From a bacterium (GTDB taxonomy: Bacteria > JACRDZ01 > JAQUKH01), in the NCBI GenBank assembly GCA_028719205.1, contig JAQUKH010000002.1:96828-160827 (forward strand): a stretch of DNA of 64,000 nt, given 5' to 3'. The translations under genes were made by a program, and so were the position numbers. Below the pieces are notes generated by a model. It worked only from the letters and a program-made list of their open reading frames with translations, did not search any database and had not been told where the DNA came from. Below, piece by piece: positions 10,071-18,918 of the stretch (positions are counted from its first letter, which is position 1; every line of letters starts with the position of its first letter).

Positions 10071-10883
10071 ATGACAAATAACATTTTTGAACAAATAAAA
10101 AAGATCAACGAATACGGAAAAGAGTTTTGGAGCGCGCGCGATTTGTACAAATTGCTTGGATATACGGAATATGGAAAATTTCTTCCGGCGATTGAGAGAG
10201 CAAAAGAGTCATGTAAAAACAGCGGGCAAAAAATTGATGACCATTTCGCTGGTGTGAGCGATATGGTTTTGATAGGTTCTGGAGCTGAAAGGGCCGTGGA
10301 TGATTACCGTCTTTCCCGCTATGCTTGCTATCTCATCGCTCAAAATGGTGACCCAAGAAAAGAAGAGATTGCTTTGGCTCAAACCTATTTCGCAATTCAA
10401 ACAAGACGGCAGGAAGTACGAGAATTGCAGATTGAAGACAGCAAACGCGTATTTTTGCGCGATGAAATGAAAGAGCATAACAAAAACCTTGTTCAGGCCG
10501 CAAAACAAGCAGGTGTGGTAAATTATGCTAATTTTCAGGACTTCGGGTACATGGGATTGTATGGAGGGATGCGGCAGAGGGATATTCACGCAAAAAAGAA
10601 GCTCCATAAAAATGAAGTAATTTTGGATCATATGGGAAGCGAAGAGCTTGCCGCGAATTTGTTTAGGGCTACACAGGCAGAGGCTAAGTTAAAAAGAGAA
10701 AATATTATGGGTGAACAAAAAGCTAATCAGACCCACTATGATGTTGGTAAAAAAGTCCGCAAAACAATTGCTGAGCTTGGTGGGACCATGCCGGAAAAAT
10801 TGCCGGTTTCAGAAAATGTGAAAGAATCACGGAAGAGAATTAAGGCAGAGCAAAAACTTTTGAAATTTAAAAAGAAAAATTAG
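10071..10883 (+). CDS. dinD: DNA-damage-inducible protein D (DinD) family protein
   Basis: 270 aa and collinear with E. coli DinD from memory: WSARDL.KLLGY.EY..F.P...RAKE.C.NSG..IDDHF, LSRYACYL..QNGDP, QTYFAIQTRRQE, NLFRATQ.E.KLKR, THFDVG.KVR.TI.ELGGTMPE.LP. Confidence 0.75.
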   Translation: MTNNIFEQIKKINEYGKEFWSARDLYKLLGYTEYGKFLPAIERAKESCKNSGQKIDDHFAGVSDMVLIGSGAERAVDDYRLSRYACYLIAQNGDPRKEEIALAQTYFAIQTRRQEVRELQIEDSKRVFLRDEMKEHNKNLVQAAKQAGVVNYANFQDFGYMGLYGGMRQRDIHAKKKLHKNEVILDHMGSEELAANLFRATQAEAKLKRENIMGEQKANQTHYDVGKKVRKTIAELGGTMPEKLPVSENVKESRKRIKAEQKLLKFKKKN

Positions 10884-10939
10884 GTGGAATTCCAAAATTA
10901 AAGACCTGATCCTAAATTATGGGTTGCATTTATTTGTAG

Positions 10940-10967
10940 GGGCGTATAATTATACGCCCTTTTTATT
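10940..10967 (+). terminator. Rho-independent terminator after the dinD-like gene
   Basis: Perfect 20-bp palindrome GGGCGTATAATTATACGCCC (10940-10959) followed by TTTTTATT. Confidence 0.6.
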
Positions 10968-10990
10968 ATTGTTAAATTTAGTTATTTTTA

Positions 10991-11019
10991 TTGACTTAGC
11001 TAAAATACGGGCTTAGAAT
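10991..11019 (+). promoter_or_regulatory. Sigma70-like promoter upstream of the TIR-domain gene
   Basis: TTGACT (10991-10996), 17-bp spacer, TAGAAT (11014-11019). AGGAG RBS at 11092-11096. Confidence 0.4.
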
Positions 11020-11106
11020 TGTTCAGGTAAATTCAAATTTTTACTGCAACTACAAGCTTCGTATATTAACTGATAATAGGTAAATATAAAAAGGAGTTTA
11101 TGCAAA

Positions 11107-12159
11107 ATGGCATCAAGAAAAAAATCTGACAAACACAATAACGAGACAACAACCGAAGAAACCATTGTTTCAAAATCAAAAAATCCTTTAGTTTTTATTA
11201 GCCATGATACTCGAGATACTGAACTTGCAGAAGAATTTAGTGACTTGTTAAAAAGAGCAAGTGCTGGTGCATTAAAATCATTTCGCTCTTCGGATAAAAA
11301 GGGAACACAAGGTATAGAATACGGACAGGAATGGTATCCAGCTATTATGGATAAAATAGATGAGGCTTCGGATGTTGTTTGTCTTTTGACAAAACATAGT
11401 GTTGATAGGCCTTGGATACTTTATGAGGCAGGCGTAGCTAAAGGGAAACTTGATAAGAAAGTTATTGGACTTGCTATTGGAATTCCTCTCAGTGTTGCGA
11501 TAAATGGGCCTTTTGCTCAGTTTCAAAATAATGATGGGAATGTTGATTCAATTACGAAGCTTGTCTTGGATTTGGTGAAAAAAGTTCCGGGGCTTGATCC
11601 AGACCATGCCCTCGTAAAAACACTTGTTGAATCGTTCCATAAAAAGATAACAGAAATAATTGAAAAATTTCAAAAACAAAAAACAATATGTGAAAAGAGT
11701 GAAAAAGTTGATGAAAATTCAGTTGCAAAACTTTTTGAAGAAGTCAAAATTATGTTTGATAATTTGCCTTCAAGAATTGAAAATAGAATTGACCCTGACT
11801 CAAAAAGAAGAAAAAGAAAATTTCATCCAATGATGTTTGACGAACTTATGCATATGGGAATGAAATCAGAAGACCCAAATATAAACTTTTTAATAATGAT
11901 TAGTTTTCTAAAAGATGATTATCCCTGGCTTTATGAAATAGGACTTGAAACATATCGAGGAATTAAGACCACAAAGTCAACAAATGAAAAAAGAAAATTG
12001 GTTTCATCTTTTGAACATGCATTTGAAATACTCGGACATCCAATGATGAGAGAGTTTTATGGTAAATCAGAAGACTTATATATGTTTAGCAAAGAGATAA
12101 GACATTATATGCACCGTTATCTTGACAGATATTTAGCTGATGAGAAAGTAAAAGAATAA
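11107..12159 (+). CDS. TIR-like domain protein (N-terminal ~130 aa) with a ~200-aa C-terminal domain of unknown function
   Basis: LVFISHDTRDTELAEEFSDLLKRA ... GQEWYPAIMDKIDEASDVVCLLTKHSVDRPWILYEAGVAKG resembles bacterial TIR-like domains (FIS[HY] start, acidic helix, W...E core). I do not recognise the C-terminal region. Confidence 0.55.
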   Translation: MASRKKSDKHNNETTTEETIVSKSKNPLVFISHDTRDTELAEEFSDLLKRASAGALKSFRSSDKKGTQGIEYGQEWYPAIMDKIDEASDVVCLLTKHSVDRPWILYEAGVAKGKLDKKVIGLAIGIPLSVAINGPFAQFQNNDGNVDSITKLVLDLVKKVPGLDPDHALVKTLVESFHKKITEIIEKFQKQKTICEKSEKVDENSVAKLFEEVKIMFDNLPSRIENRIDPDSKRRKRKFHPMMFDELMHMGMKSEDPNINFLIMISFLKDDYPWLYEIGLETYRGIKTTKSTNEKRKLVSSFEHAFEILGHPMMREFYGKSEDLYMFSKEIRHYMHRYLDRYLADEKVKE

Positions 12160-12520
12160 CTTATCTATCAGGCGTTGTTCCCTAGATTGAATTATTAAAG
12201 CTGTTTGAAATGGTTGAACCGTTTAATAAAATGCCCCTACAAGAAAAATTTATTTATCTGAATGTTAATTATCTCATCCCGCCCATCATTAAAATTGCCA
12301 AATAAAAAATCTTAAGAGAACAGGGCAAGCCCTGCCCCTACATTAATAATCGGAATTACAATTGTCCAAAAGATATAATATAGAAGGGCAACCACATAGG
12401 GTTGCCCCTACGGGAAAATTTCAATAAATTGAATGGTTGGCAGGATTTTAATTTTAATGTTTTTTCCATATTATGTTATAATAATCATCGAAAATTACAG
12501 GCTTTCAGGGCTGATTTTTG

Positions 12521-12549
12521 TTGACAAAAGAATTCTGGGCAAGTATCAT
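12521..12549 (+). promoter_or_regulatory. Sigma70-like promoter upstream of smc
   Basis: TTGACA (12521-12526), 17-bp spacer, TATCAT (12544-12549). Confidence 0.4.
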
Positions 12550-12614
12550 TTATTCCCACACAAAATCAGCTGTTGCGTATAGCGGGCTTTATAAAATTTT
12601 CAAAGGAGATCCAA

Positions 12615-15600
12615 TTGTTATTTAAGAAATTAGAGGTTTGTGGGTTTAAATCATTTCCGGAACTGGTGGAACTGAAGTTTGATAAAGGGGTTACTGTCAT
12701 TGTGGGGCCGAACGGTTGCGGGAAGACGAATATCCTGGATTCCATACGCTGGGTTTTGGGGGAACAGAGTTCAAGGATGATGCGCGGGAAGGAAATGCTG
12801 GACCTTATTTTTAACGGGGGATCCAATAAAAAACCAAAAGGAATGGCGGAGGTTTCTCTTACGCTTCTGGATACCGAAGGGGTTTTGCCGACGGAATACA
12901 GCGAAGTGACCATAACCCGCAGGCTTTTCAGGTCGGGAGAAAGCGAGTATTTATTGAACCGCAACACCTGCAGGCTGAAGGATATACAGGAGTTGTTCAT
13001 GGATACTGGCTTGGGCGCGGACGCGTATTCGATCATTGAACAATCCCAGACGGACCTGATACTGAGCAATAATCCGTCAATGCGCCGGAGCCTTTTTGAA
13101 GAGGCCGCGGGTATTACCAAATATAAGGCAAGAAAAAGGGAAACGCTTCGCAAGCTTGAAACGACCGAGCAGAATTTACTCCGTATTTATGATATTGTTG
13201 CTGAGATCAAACGGCAGATGAATTCACTGAAAAGGCAGGCCGGCCGTGCGGAACGCTATAAAAAATTTCTTGATGAGTGCCAGGGGCTGGAACTGAAACT
13301 GGACAGTTTTTATTTTTATGATATGGATGAAAAACGGAGCAAATACAAACAGGATCTGACTGTCTGCCAGGATGAACGCGAAGGAGTGCTTGCGCATATC
13401 TCAACATATGAGGCGGAGATAGAAAAACTGGACCTGCAGGCTATGCAGTTAGGGGATAAATTAAGCTCGATCCATGAGTCGCGGAAAAATTTCTATGAAA
13501 ATGTCGAGAACCTGACAAAAGAAATAGCGGAAATGGAAGAAAGGCTGAAAGGAAAAGATTTCAGGGGGAAAATGTTAGCAAAAGAGGTTGAAGAAGATGA
13601 GCTAAGATTAAAAGACCTGGAACGGGATCTCCTTGAAAAACAAGATGAGATCTCCGCGCTGGATGACTTGATGATCGTGTGGGAAGAAGAATTTGAGGTT
13701 TTGGCCAAAGATAGAGAGGATGTCGAAATAAAAAGCAAAGAGGCAGAATCTTTTTTAAAAGAAAAAGAAAGTAATCTTGATAATGTTGAGACGAGGATTT
13801 GGGAAAAAAATAAGCTTAAGCAGGATCTGGAAAAGAGACAGCAGGAAGCGGCCGCTTCAAAAGAAAATCTGATAAATTTAATAGAAGGCACAAAGGTAAA
13901 GGTAGAAAATCTTCAAAAGGATCTGGATGAGAAAAAAGAGATATTGAAAGCCTCGAGAAACAATATAGAATCACTACGGAATAAACTGGAAGAATTAAGG
14001 CAGGAACTTATTAAAAATCAGGAACTGCTGCAGAAGGTTATGCCTTCTATTAATGATACTTATAATGAAGTTGCCAAGCTTGATTATAAGATTAAGATGC
14101 TGGAGCAGCTTGAAAAAGAGGCGATCGGCTACAGCCGCGGCGTAAAAGAATTAATGCAGGCGGAGAAAGACGGGAAGATCAAAAAAGACGGTGTTTTCGC
14201 GCCGCTTGTAAGCAAAATAAATATTTCCGAAGAATATAAAACTGCCTTGGAATCCGCGTTAGGAGAAGGGATCAATTATTTTTTAGCTGAAACCGTTGAT
14301 AAAATAAATGAGTGCATAAATTATTTATATAATGAGGGTAAAGGAAAAGCAGCTTTTTTAAATATGGATAATTTCAAAAAAATGGAATATCCAAACTCCG
14401 GCCTGCCTGCCCCTGAAAACTCCAGGTTATTGTTGGACCTTGTAGACGTCGATGAAAATTTAAGGCCTATAGTTTCATATCTTTTAAAGGGTGTTTTTAT
14501 TGTGGATTCAGATATTTCTATTGAAATGCTCGAAAAACTTCCGCCTGAAGTTAAGATTGTTGCCAAAAACGGAAAAATATTCTCAAGGGAATTGATCGCG
14601 GGAGGAAAAGATTCAGCGGAATCCGTAAGTATTATAGGCCGTGAAAAAAATATTAATATCCTTAAGGAAAAGATCGGTGAATTAAGAAAACATCTGGAAA
14701 TTAAAACACAGGAAAAAGAGAATATTGATAAAAGACAACTTGAGATCCAGTCGCTTATTAATGAATTGAATGATGAGATCAAGGCAAAGGAATATAATTT
14801 CATTGAAAATGAAAGACTGGTGATGAAACTGGAGTTAGAATCAAACCAGCTTATAACAGAAAACATCGGCCGTGAAACAAGCGTGAAAGAGATAGAAAGC
14901 CGTTTAGAGTCGGTAATAAAAGAATTTGAGGATATAAAGTTTGATATAGAAAGCCTGCTCGAAGAAAAAGAGAAGAGGTCCTCAGATCTTGAAGAAATGA
15001 GGGGCCAATATAGAATTCTCGAACAGAAAAAAGACAGTCTGATGTCTCTGGGTAATGAAAAAAAAGTGAACCTTGCTTCTGTTAAAGAGAAAAAAACGGC
15101 TTGCCTTGACCTGGAAAAAAGGATAAATGATATTATCGCTGACAGTAAGGATAAAATACTGACAAAATCAAGCGAAATAGCTTTAATAAAAAAGACAACA
15201 TATGAAGAAACAGTATATTTTGAAGAAAAGAGAAAAACTCTTGAGCATGCAAAAAATGAAAATAACAAGGAGAGTTTTGACAGGGACGGGATAGAAAAAC
15301 TTGAAAAGGAATTGAGGCTGAACGCGAAACAGCTTGAGGAAAGAGTTAAAGAGGAAAGGCATAAGCTAAGGACTCTGGAGGAAAATATCGCGGGCTTGCA
15401 GATCAAAGAGACGGAACTGCGCGTGCAGGAGGATAATTTACGGCAGAAGATGCAGAATGTTTACAAATTTTCCTTCCAGGATGATTCCCGCCCTCCTAAA
15501 GAGGAAATAGAAAATCTGGAAGAGGTAACATTGCGCATAGAAAACCTGCATAGCGAAATGAACCAGATGGGATTAGTTAATATGATGGCGCTGGAGGAGT

Positions 15601-16286
15601 ATAAGGAAATCGAAGAGAGATATAATTTTTTATCCAATCAGCAAAAAGATCTGGAAGACGCGAAGAATAATTTAAATGACACTATTTCAAAGATCAACAA
15701 AGAAAGCATTGAAAGGTTTAGGGCTACATTTGATAAAATAAGAGAGAATTTCGCTCAGGTTTTTGCGAAGTTTTTTAAAGGTGGCAGGGCGGATATAGTT
15801 TTAACGGAAAATGATATTCTTGAGTCCAATATTGAAATAATCGCTCAGCCTCCGGGAAAGAAACCCGAGAGTATCCAGCTGCTTTCCGGAGGGGAGAGGG
15901 CGCTGACCGCTATCGGGCTTTTGCTTTCTATTTTTATGGTTAAACCAAGTCCCTTCCTGATCTTGGATGAAGTAGATGCCCCATTGGATGATCCGAATGT
16001 CAGGCGGTTTACCGAGGTTATCAGGGAATTCGCGAAGAATACCCAGTTTATCGTTATTACACACAATAAAAGAACCATGGAAATGGCCGATTGTTTATAC
16101 GGTGTTACAATGGAAGAGCCGGGTGTTTCAAAGCTTGTCTCAGTTAATTTTAAAAAGGAAGAACGCACACCGGACCCTATTATTGTAAAAGATGGGACGG
16201 GGGAAAATTCAGGAGCTGAAGAAAATGCAAAAGATAATATCGCAGCCGCTGTCGAGGCTGGCGCGGTGGAAACAAAGGCTTCTTAA
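12615..16286 (+). CDS. smc: Chromosome segregation protein SMC
   Basis: Walker A GPNGCGKTN. A long EK-rich coiled coil and a hinge. C-terminal signature LSGGERALTAIGLLLSIF plus Walker B LILDEVDAPLD. Start moved to the in-frame TTG at 12615 (protein LLFKKLEVCGFKSF...), which has AAAGGAG 6 nt upstream; the ORF-track ATG at 12573 has no RBS. Confidence 0.9.
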   Translation: MLFKKLEVCGFKSFPELVELKFDKGVTVIVGPNGCGKTNILDSIRWVLGEQSSRMMRGKEMLDLIFNGGSNKKPKGMAEVSLTLLDTEGVLPTEYSEVTITRRLFRSGESEYLLNRNTCRLKDIQELFMDTGLGADAYSIIEQSQTDLILSNNPSMRRSLFEEAAGITKYKARKRETLRKLETTEQNLLRIYDIVAEIKRQMNSLKRQAGRAERYKKFLDECQGLELKLDSFYFYDMDEKRSKYKQDLTVCQDEREGVLAHISTYEAEIEKLDLQAMQLGDKLSSIHESRKNFYENVENLTKEIAEMEERLKGKDFRGKMLAKEVEEDELRLKDLERDLLEKQDEISALDDLMIVWEEEFEVLAKDREDVEIKSKEAESFLKEKESNLDNVETRIWEKNKLKQDLEKRQQEAAASKENLINLIEGTKVKVENLQKDLDEKKEILKASRNNIESLRNKLEELRQELIKNQELLQKVMPSINDTYNEVAKLDYKIKMLEQLEKEAIGYSRGVKELMQAEKDGKIKKDGVFAPLVSKINISEEYKTALESALGEGINYFLAETVDKINECINYLYNEGKGKAAFLNMDNFKKMEYPNSGLPAPENSRLLLDLVDVDENLRPIVSYLLKGVFIVDSDISIEMLEKLPPEVKIVAKNGKIFSRELIAGGKDSAESVSIIGREKNINILKEKIGELRKHLEIKTQEKENIDKRQLEIQSLINELNDEIKAKEYNFIENERLVMKLELESNQLITENIGRETSVKEIESRLESVIKEFEDIKFDIESLLEEKEKRSSDLEEMRGQYRILEQKKDSLMSLGNEKKVNLASVKEKKTACLDLEKRINDIIADSKDKILTKSSEIALIKKTTYEETVYFEEKRKTLEHAKNENNKESFDRDGIEKLEKELRLNAKQLEERVKEERHKLRTLEENIAGLQIKETELRVQEDNLRQKMQNVYKFSFQDDSRPPKEEIENLEEVTLRIENLHSEMNQMGLVNMMALEEYKEIEERYNFLSNQQKDLEDAKNNLNDTISKINKESIERFRATFDKIRENFAQVFAKFFKGGRADIVLTENDILESNIEIIAQPPGKKPESIQLLSGGERALTAIGLLLSIFMVKPSPFLILDEVDAPLDDPNVRRFTEVIREFAKNTQFIVITHNKRTMEMADCLYGVTMEEPGVSKLVSVNFKKEERTPDPIIVKDGTGENSGAEENAKDNIAAAVEAGAVETKAS

Positions 16287-17157
16287 ATCCCGCCAGTTGA
16301 TCTTAGGCCCGTTAGAGAGATTAATTACAGGAAAAGAAAATGTTTCAGAGGAACTGCTGTCCGAGCTTGAGGAAATTCTGGTGCGTTCTGATATCGGAGT
16401 GCATATAAGTGACCGGATCATATTGGATCTTAAATATACGAATTTTAAACCGGGTGAAGACAGGATACTGAAAATAAAAGAGATCATTGAAAAAAGGATC
16501 TTAGGTATAATCGGGGAAGATAATGTCCCTCTTAGCGGGTCATTCCCTTTAGTTATTTTAATGATCGGTGTTAACGGCAGCGGAAAAACTTCCACTGTTG
16601 GGAAATTGGCATTTAAGTACCATAAAGAAAATAAAAAGGTATTAGTTGCCGCATGCGACACATTCCGCGCGGCTGCCGTAGAACAGCTTGAAATATGGAA
16701 GACGAGAGCCGGTGTGGATATTATTAAAGGTAAGGAAGGAACAGATCCTGCGGCATTGGTTTATGACGCGGGAAAATTAGTTTCTGAAAAAGGATATCAG
16801 GTTTTAATAATAGATACGGCGGGGCGCCTGCATAATAAATCAAATTTGATGGAGGAGTTAAAAAAGATAAAGCGGACCGTCGGTAAGGTGCTGCCGGGTA
16901 TTTCCCTGGAAATACTTCTCGTCATGGATGCTACCTGCGGCCAGAATGGTATCCAGCAGGCAAAATTATTTAAGGAAGCGATAGGTGTTACAGGTATAGT
17001 GCTTACTAAATTGGACGGGACCAGTAAGGGCGGGATAGCGGTGTCTATTAAAGAAAGCTTGGGAGTTCCCGTAAAATTGATAGGGCTGGGAGAAGGGGTA
17101 GAGGATCTTGAAGATTTTTCTCCGGGGGATTTTGTCAGGGCTTTACTGGAAGAATAG
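16225..17157 (+). CDS. ftsY: Signal recognition particle receptor FtsY (short form, NG domain)
   Basis: GVNGSGKTST, DTFRAAA, DTAGR and TKLDGTSKGG motifs. Start chosen at the Met with AGGAG 9 nt upstream; it overlaps the smc 3' end by ~60 nt. Confidence 0.85.
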   Translation: MQKIISQPLSRLARWKQRLLKSRQLILGPLERLITGKENVSEELLSELEEILVRSDIGVHISDRIILDLKYTNFKPGEDRILKIKEIIEKRILGIIGEDNVPLSGSFPLVILMIGVNGSGKTSTVGKLAFKYHKENKKVLVAACDTFRAAAVEQLEIWKTRAGVDIIKGKEGTDPAALVYDAGKLVSEKGYQVLIIDTAGRLHNKSNLMEELKKIKRTVGKVLPGISLEILLVMDATCGQNGIQQAKLFKEAIGVTGIVLTKLDGTSKGGIAVSIKESLGVPVKLIGLGEGVEDLEDFSPGDFVRALLEE

Positions 17158-17214
17158 AAGATTGTTTTAAAATATATAAATAATTAAGAAAATTTTTAAA
17201 GGAGGATTTGAAAC

Positions 17215-17361
17215 ATGGAGTGTTGTGACAGTTGTTCCAGGTATGAGCTTTGCCCGCAGCCGGAAGAATGCTGCCCAAAATGTGAAAGTTATGATGATTG
17301 TAATCATGGGGATGATTCTATTAAGGAAGATTCAGACGATGATGATGAAGAATGGGGATAG
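17215..17361 (+). CDS. Small Cys-rich acidic protein (48 aa): MECCDSCSRYELCPQPEECCPKCESYDDCNHGDDSIKEDSDDDDEEWG
   Basis: Not in the ORF track (below its size cut-off). Strong RBS AAAGGAGG 6 nt upstream. 10 Cys in 48 aa, arranged CCxxC...C...CCxxC...C, with a poly-Asp/Glu tail. Ends 24 nt before the rtcB start. Confidence 0.45.
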   Translation: MECCDSCSRYELCPQPEECCPKCESYDDCNHGDDSIKEDSDDDDEEWG

Positions 17362-17385
17362 AGTCTCAATAAACTAAGGAGTGAT

Positions 17386-18843
17386 ATGTCCGGATCATGG
17401 ACTGGGCCGTTGGAAAAGATCGATGAATACCGCTGGCTGATCCCTAAAAGCTTCCAGGACGGTATGCGTGTGCCGGGGCTGATTTATACCACAGAACAAT
17501 TGATCAAAGATCTTCGTATGGACCAGACACCGGTACAGGTGGCAAATGTAGCCTGCCTTCCGGGAATCCTTAAATATTCTATGGCAATGCCTGATATCCA
17601 CTGGGGGTATGGGTTCCCGATCGGTGGAGTAGCCGCGTGCGGGCTTAAAGACGGAGTTATTTCCCCCGGCGGCGTAGGTTATGATATTAATTGCGGTGTG
17701 CGTTTGATGCGCACTGATTTGTGCGCGGATGAAATTGAAAATAAAATGGAGGAATTGTTAAATAAGCTGTTTAATAATATTCCTTCAGGGCTCGGGACAA
17801 AAGGAAAGATCCGTTTATCAAATAAGGAACTTAGGGAAGTTCTTGTAAAAGGTTCCGCATGGGCGGTAAAAAAAGGTTACGGGTGGCCCGAAGATATTGA
17901 ATTGACTGAAGGCAATGGATGCCTGCCCGGGGCGGATCCGGATAAGGTAAGTGAACGAGCGATGGAAAGAGGAAGACCTCAGTCCGGCACGCTTGGTTCA
18001 GGCAATCATTTTCTGGAGGTTCAGGAAGTTGTAGAAATTTACAACCCTGAAATTGCCGATGTTTTCGGCCTGCGAAAAGGGCAGGTAATGGTAATGATGC
18101 ACTCCGGTTCACGCGGGTTAGGGTACCAGGTTTGCGATGATTATTTAAAGGTAATGGGACGGGCTGTTTCCAAATATAATTTTTCACTGCCTGACAGGCA
18201 GTTAGCATGCGCGCCGATAAATTCGCCTGAAGGTAAAGATTATTTTTCCGCTATGGCCGCGGCCGCGAATTACGCGTGGGCTAACCGGCAGTGGCTTATG
18301 CACTGGACGCGGGAGGTCTTTTCTGATGTTTTTGCCGCAAGCCCGGAAAAATTAGGAATGTCTTTAGTCTATGATGTTACCCACAATATTGCAAAATTCG
18401 AAGATCACGAAATAGAGGGGAAAATACAAAAGGTTTGTGTCCACCGTAAAGGCGCGACACGTTCTTTCTGCCCGGGGCATCCCGACCTGCCGGAAAAATA
18501 TAAAATTTCCGGCCAGCCTGTAATTATTCCCGGTGATATGGGCAGGAATTCATATGTTATGGTGGGAACAAAAAAAGCGATGGAAGAAACATTCGGTTCA
18601 ACCTGCCACGGAGCCGGAAGGTTGATGAGCAGGACAAGCGCCATGAAAGCCGCCTCAGGGAAACAGATCTACGACGAATTATCCAACCGGAACATCCTTG
18701 TAAGAACCGGCAATATAAGAACACTTTCCGAAGAAGCCCCTGCCGCGTATAAAAATGTAAATGAAATAGTCGATATAGTCCACGGCGCAGGCCTTTCCCT
18801 GAAAGTCGCCAAACTCCGCCCGCTTGGAGTGATCAAAGGTTAA
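17386..18843 (+). CDS. rtcB: RNA-splicing ligase RtcB
   Basis: Full-length RtcB family protein (GYDINCGVR, GSGNHF, CHGAGR motifs). Confidence 0.9.
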   Translation: MSGSWTGPLEKIDEYRWLIPKSFQDGMRVPGLIYTTEQLIKDLRMDQTPVQVANVACLPGILKYSMAMPDIHWGYGFPIGGVAACGLKDGVISPGGVGYDINCGVRLMRTDLCADEIENKMEELLNKLFNNIPSGLGTKGKIRLSNKELREVLVKGSAWAVKKGYGWPEDIELTEGNGCLPGADPDKVSERAMERGRPQSGTLGSGNHFLEVQEVVEIYNPEIADVFGLRKGQVMVMMHSGSRGLGYQVCDDYLKVMGRAVSKYNFSLPDRQLACAPINSPEGKDYFSAMAAAANYAWANRQWLMHWTREVFSDVFAASPEKLGMSLVYDVTHNIAKFEDHEIEGKIQKVCVHRKGATRSFCPGHPDLPEKYKISGQPVIIPGDMGRNSYVMVGTKKAMEETFGSTCHGAGRLMSRTSAMKAASGKQIYDELSNRNILVRTGNIRTLSEEAPAAYKNVNEIVDIVHGAGLSLKVAKLRPLGVIKG

Positions 18844-18918
18844 GATTTTATTTCATCGACAAACAAAAGAAAAAGATATAAAATGTTTTCCATATAGTTT
18901 TTAAAAAGGAGACGGTAA

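Larger units (their letters stand above)
9991..12411. repeat. Dispersed short motif GTAGGGG(C), five copies, all intergenic, flanking the dinD-TIR islet
   Basis: TTGTAGGGG at 9991-9999 (+) and 10934-10942 (+); GCCCCTAC(A) at 12233-12242, 12334-12342 and 12404-12411 (the same motif on the minus strand). A GC-rich 7-mer in an AT-rich genome, clustered within 2.4 kb. Confidence 0.5.

Noticed and set aside
13493-15406. Long minus-strand ORFs (132 aa and 361 aa) rich in Ser/Leu/Phe inside smc
   Set aside because: They are the antisense readout of the GAA/AAG-rich coiled-coil codons of smc (giving TTC/CTT). Low complexity and no start context.
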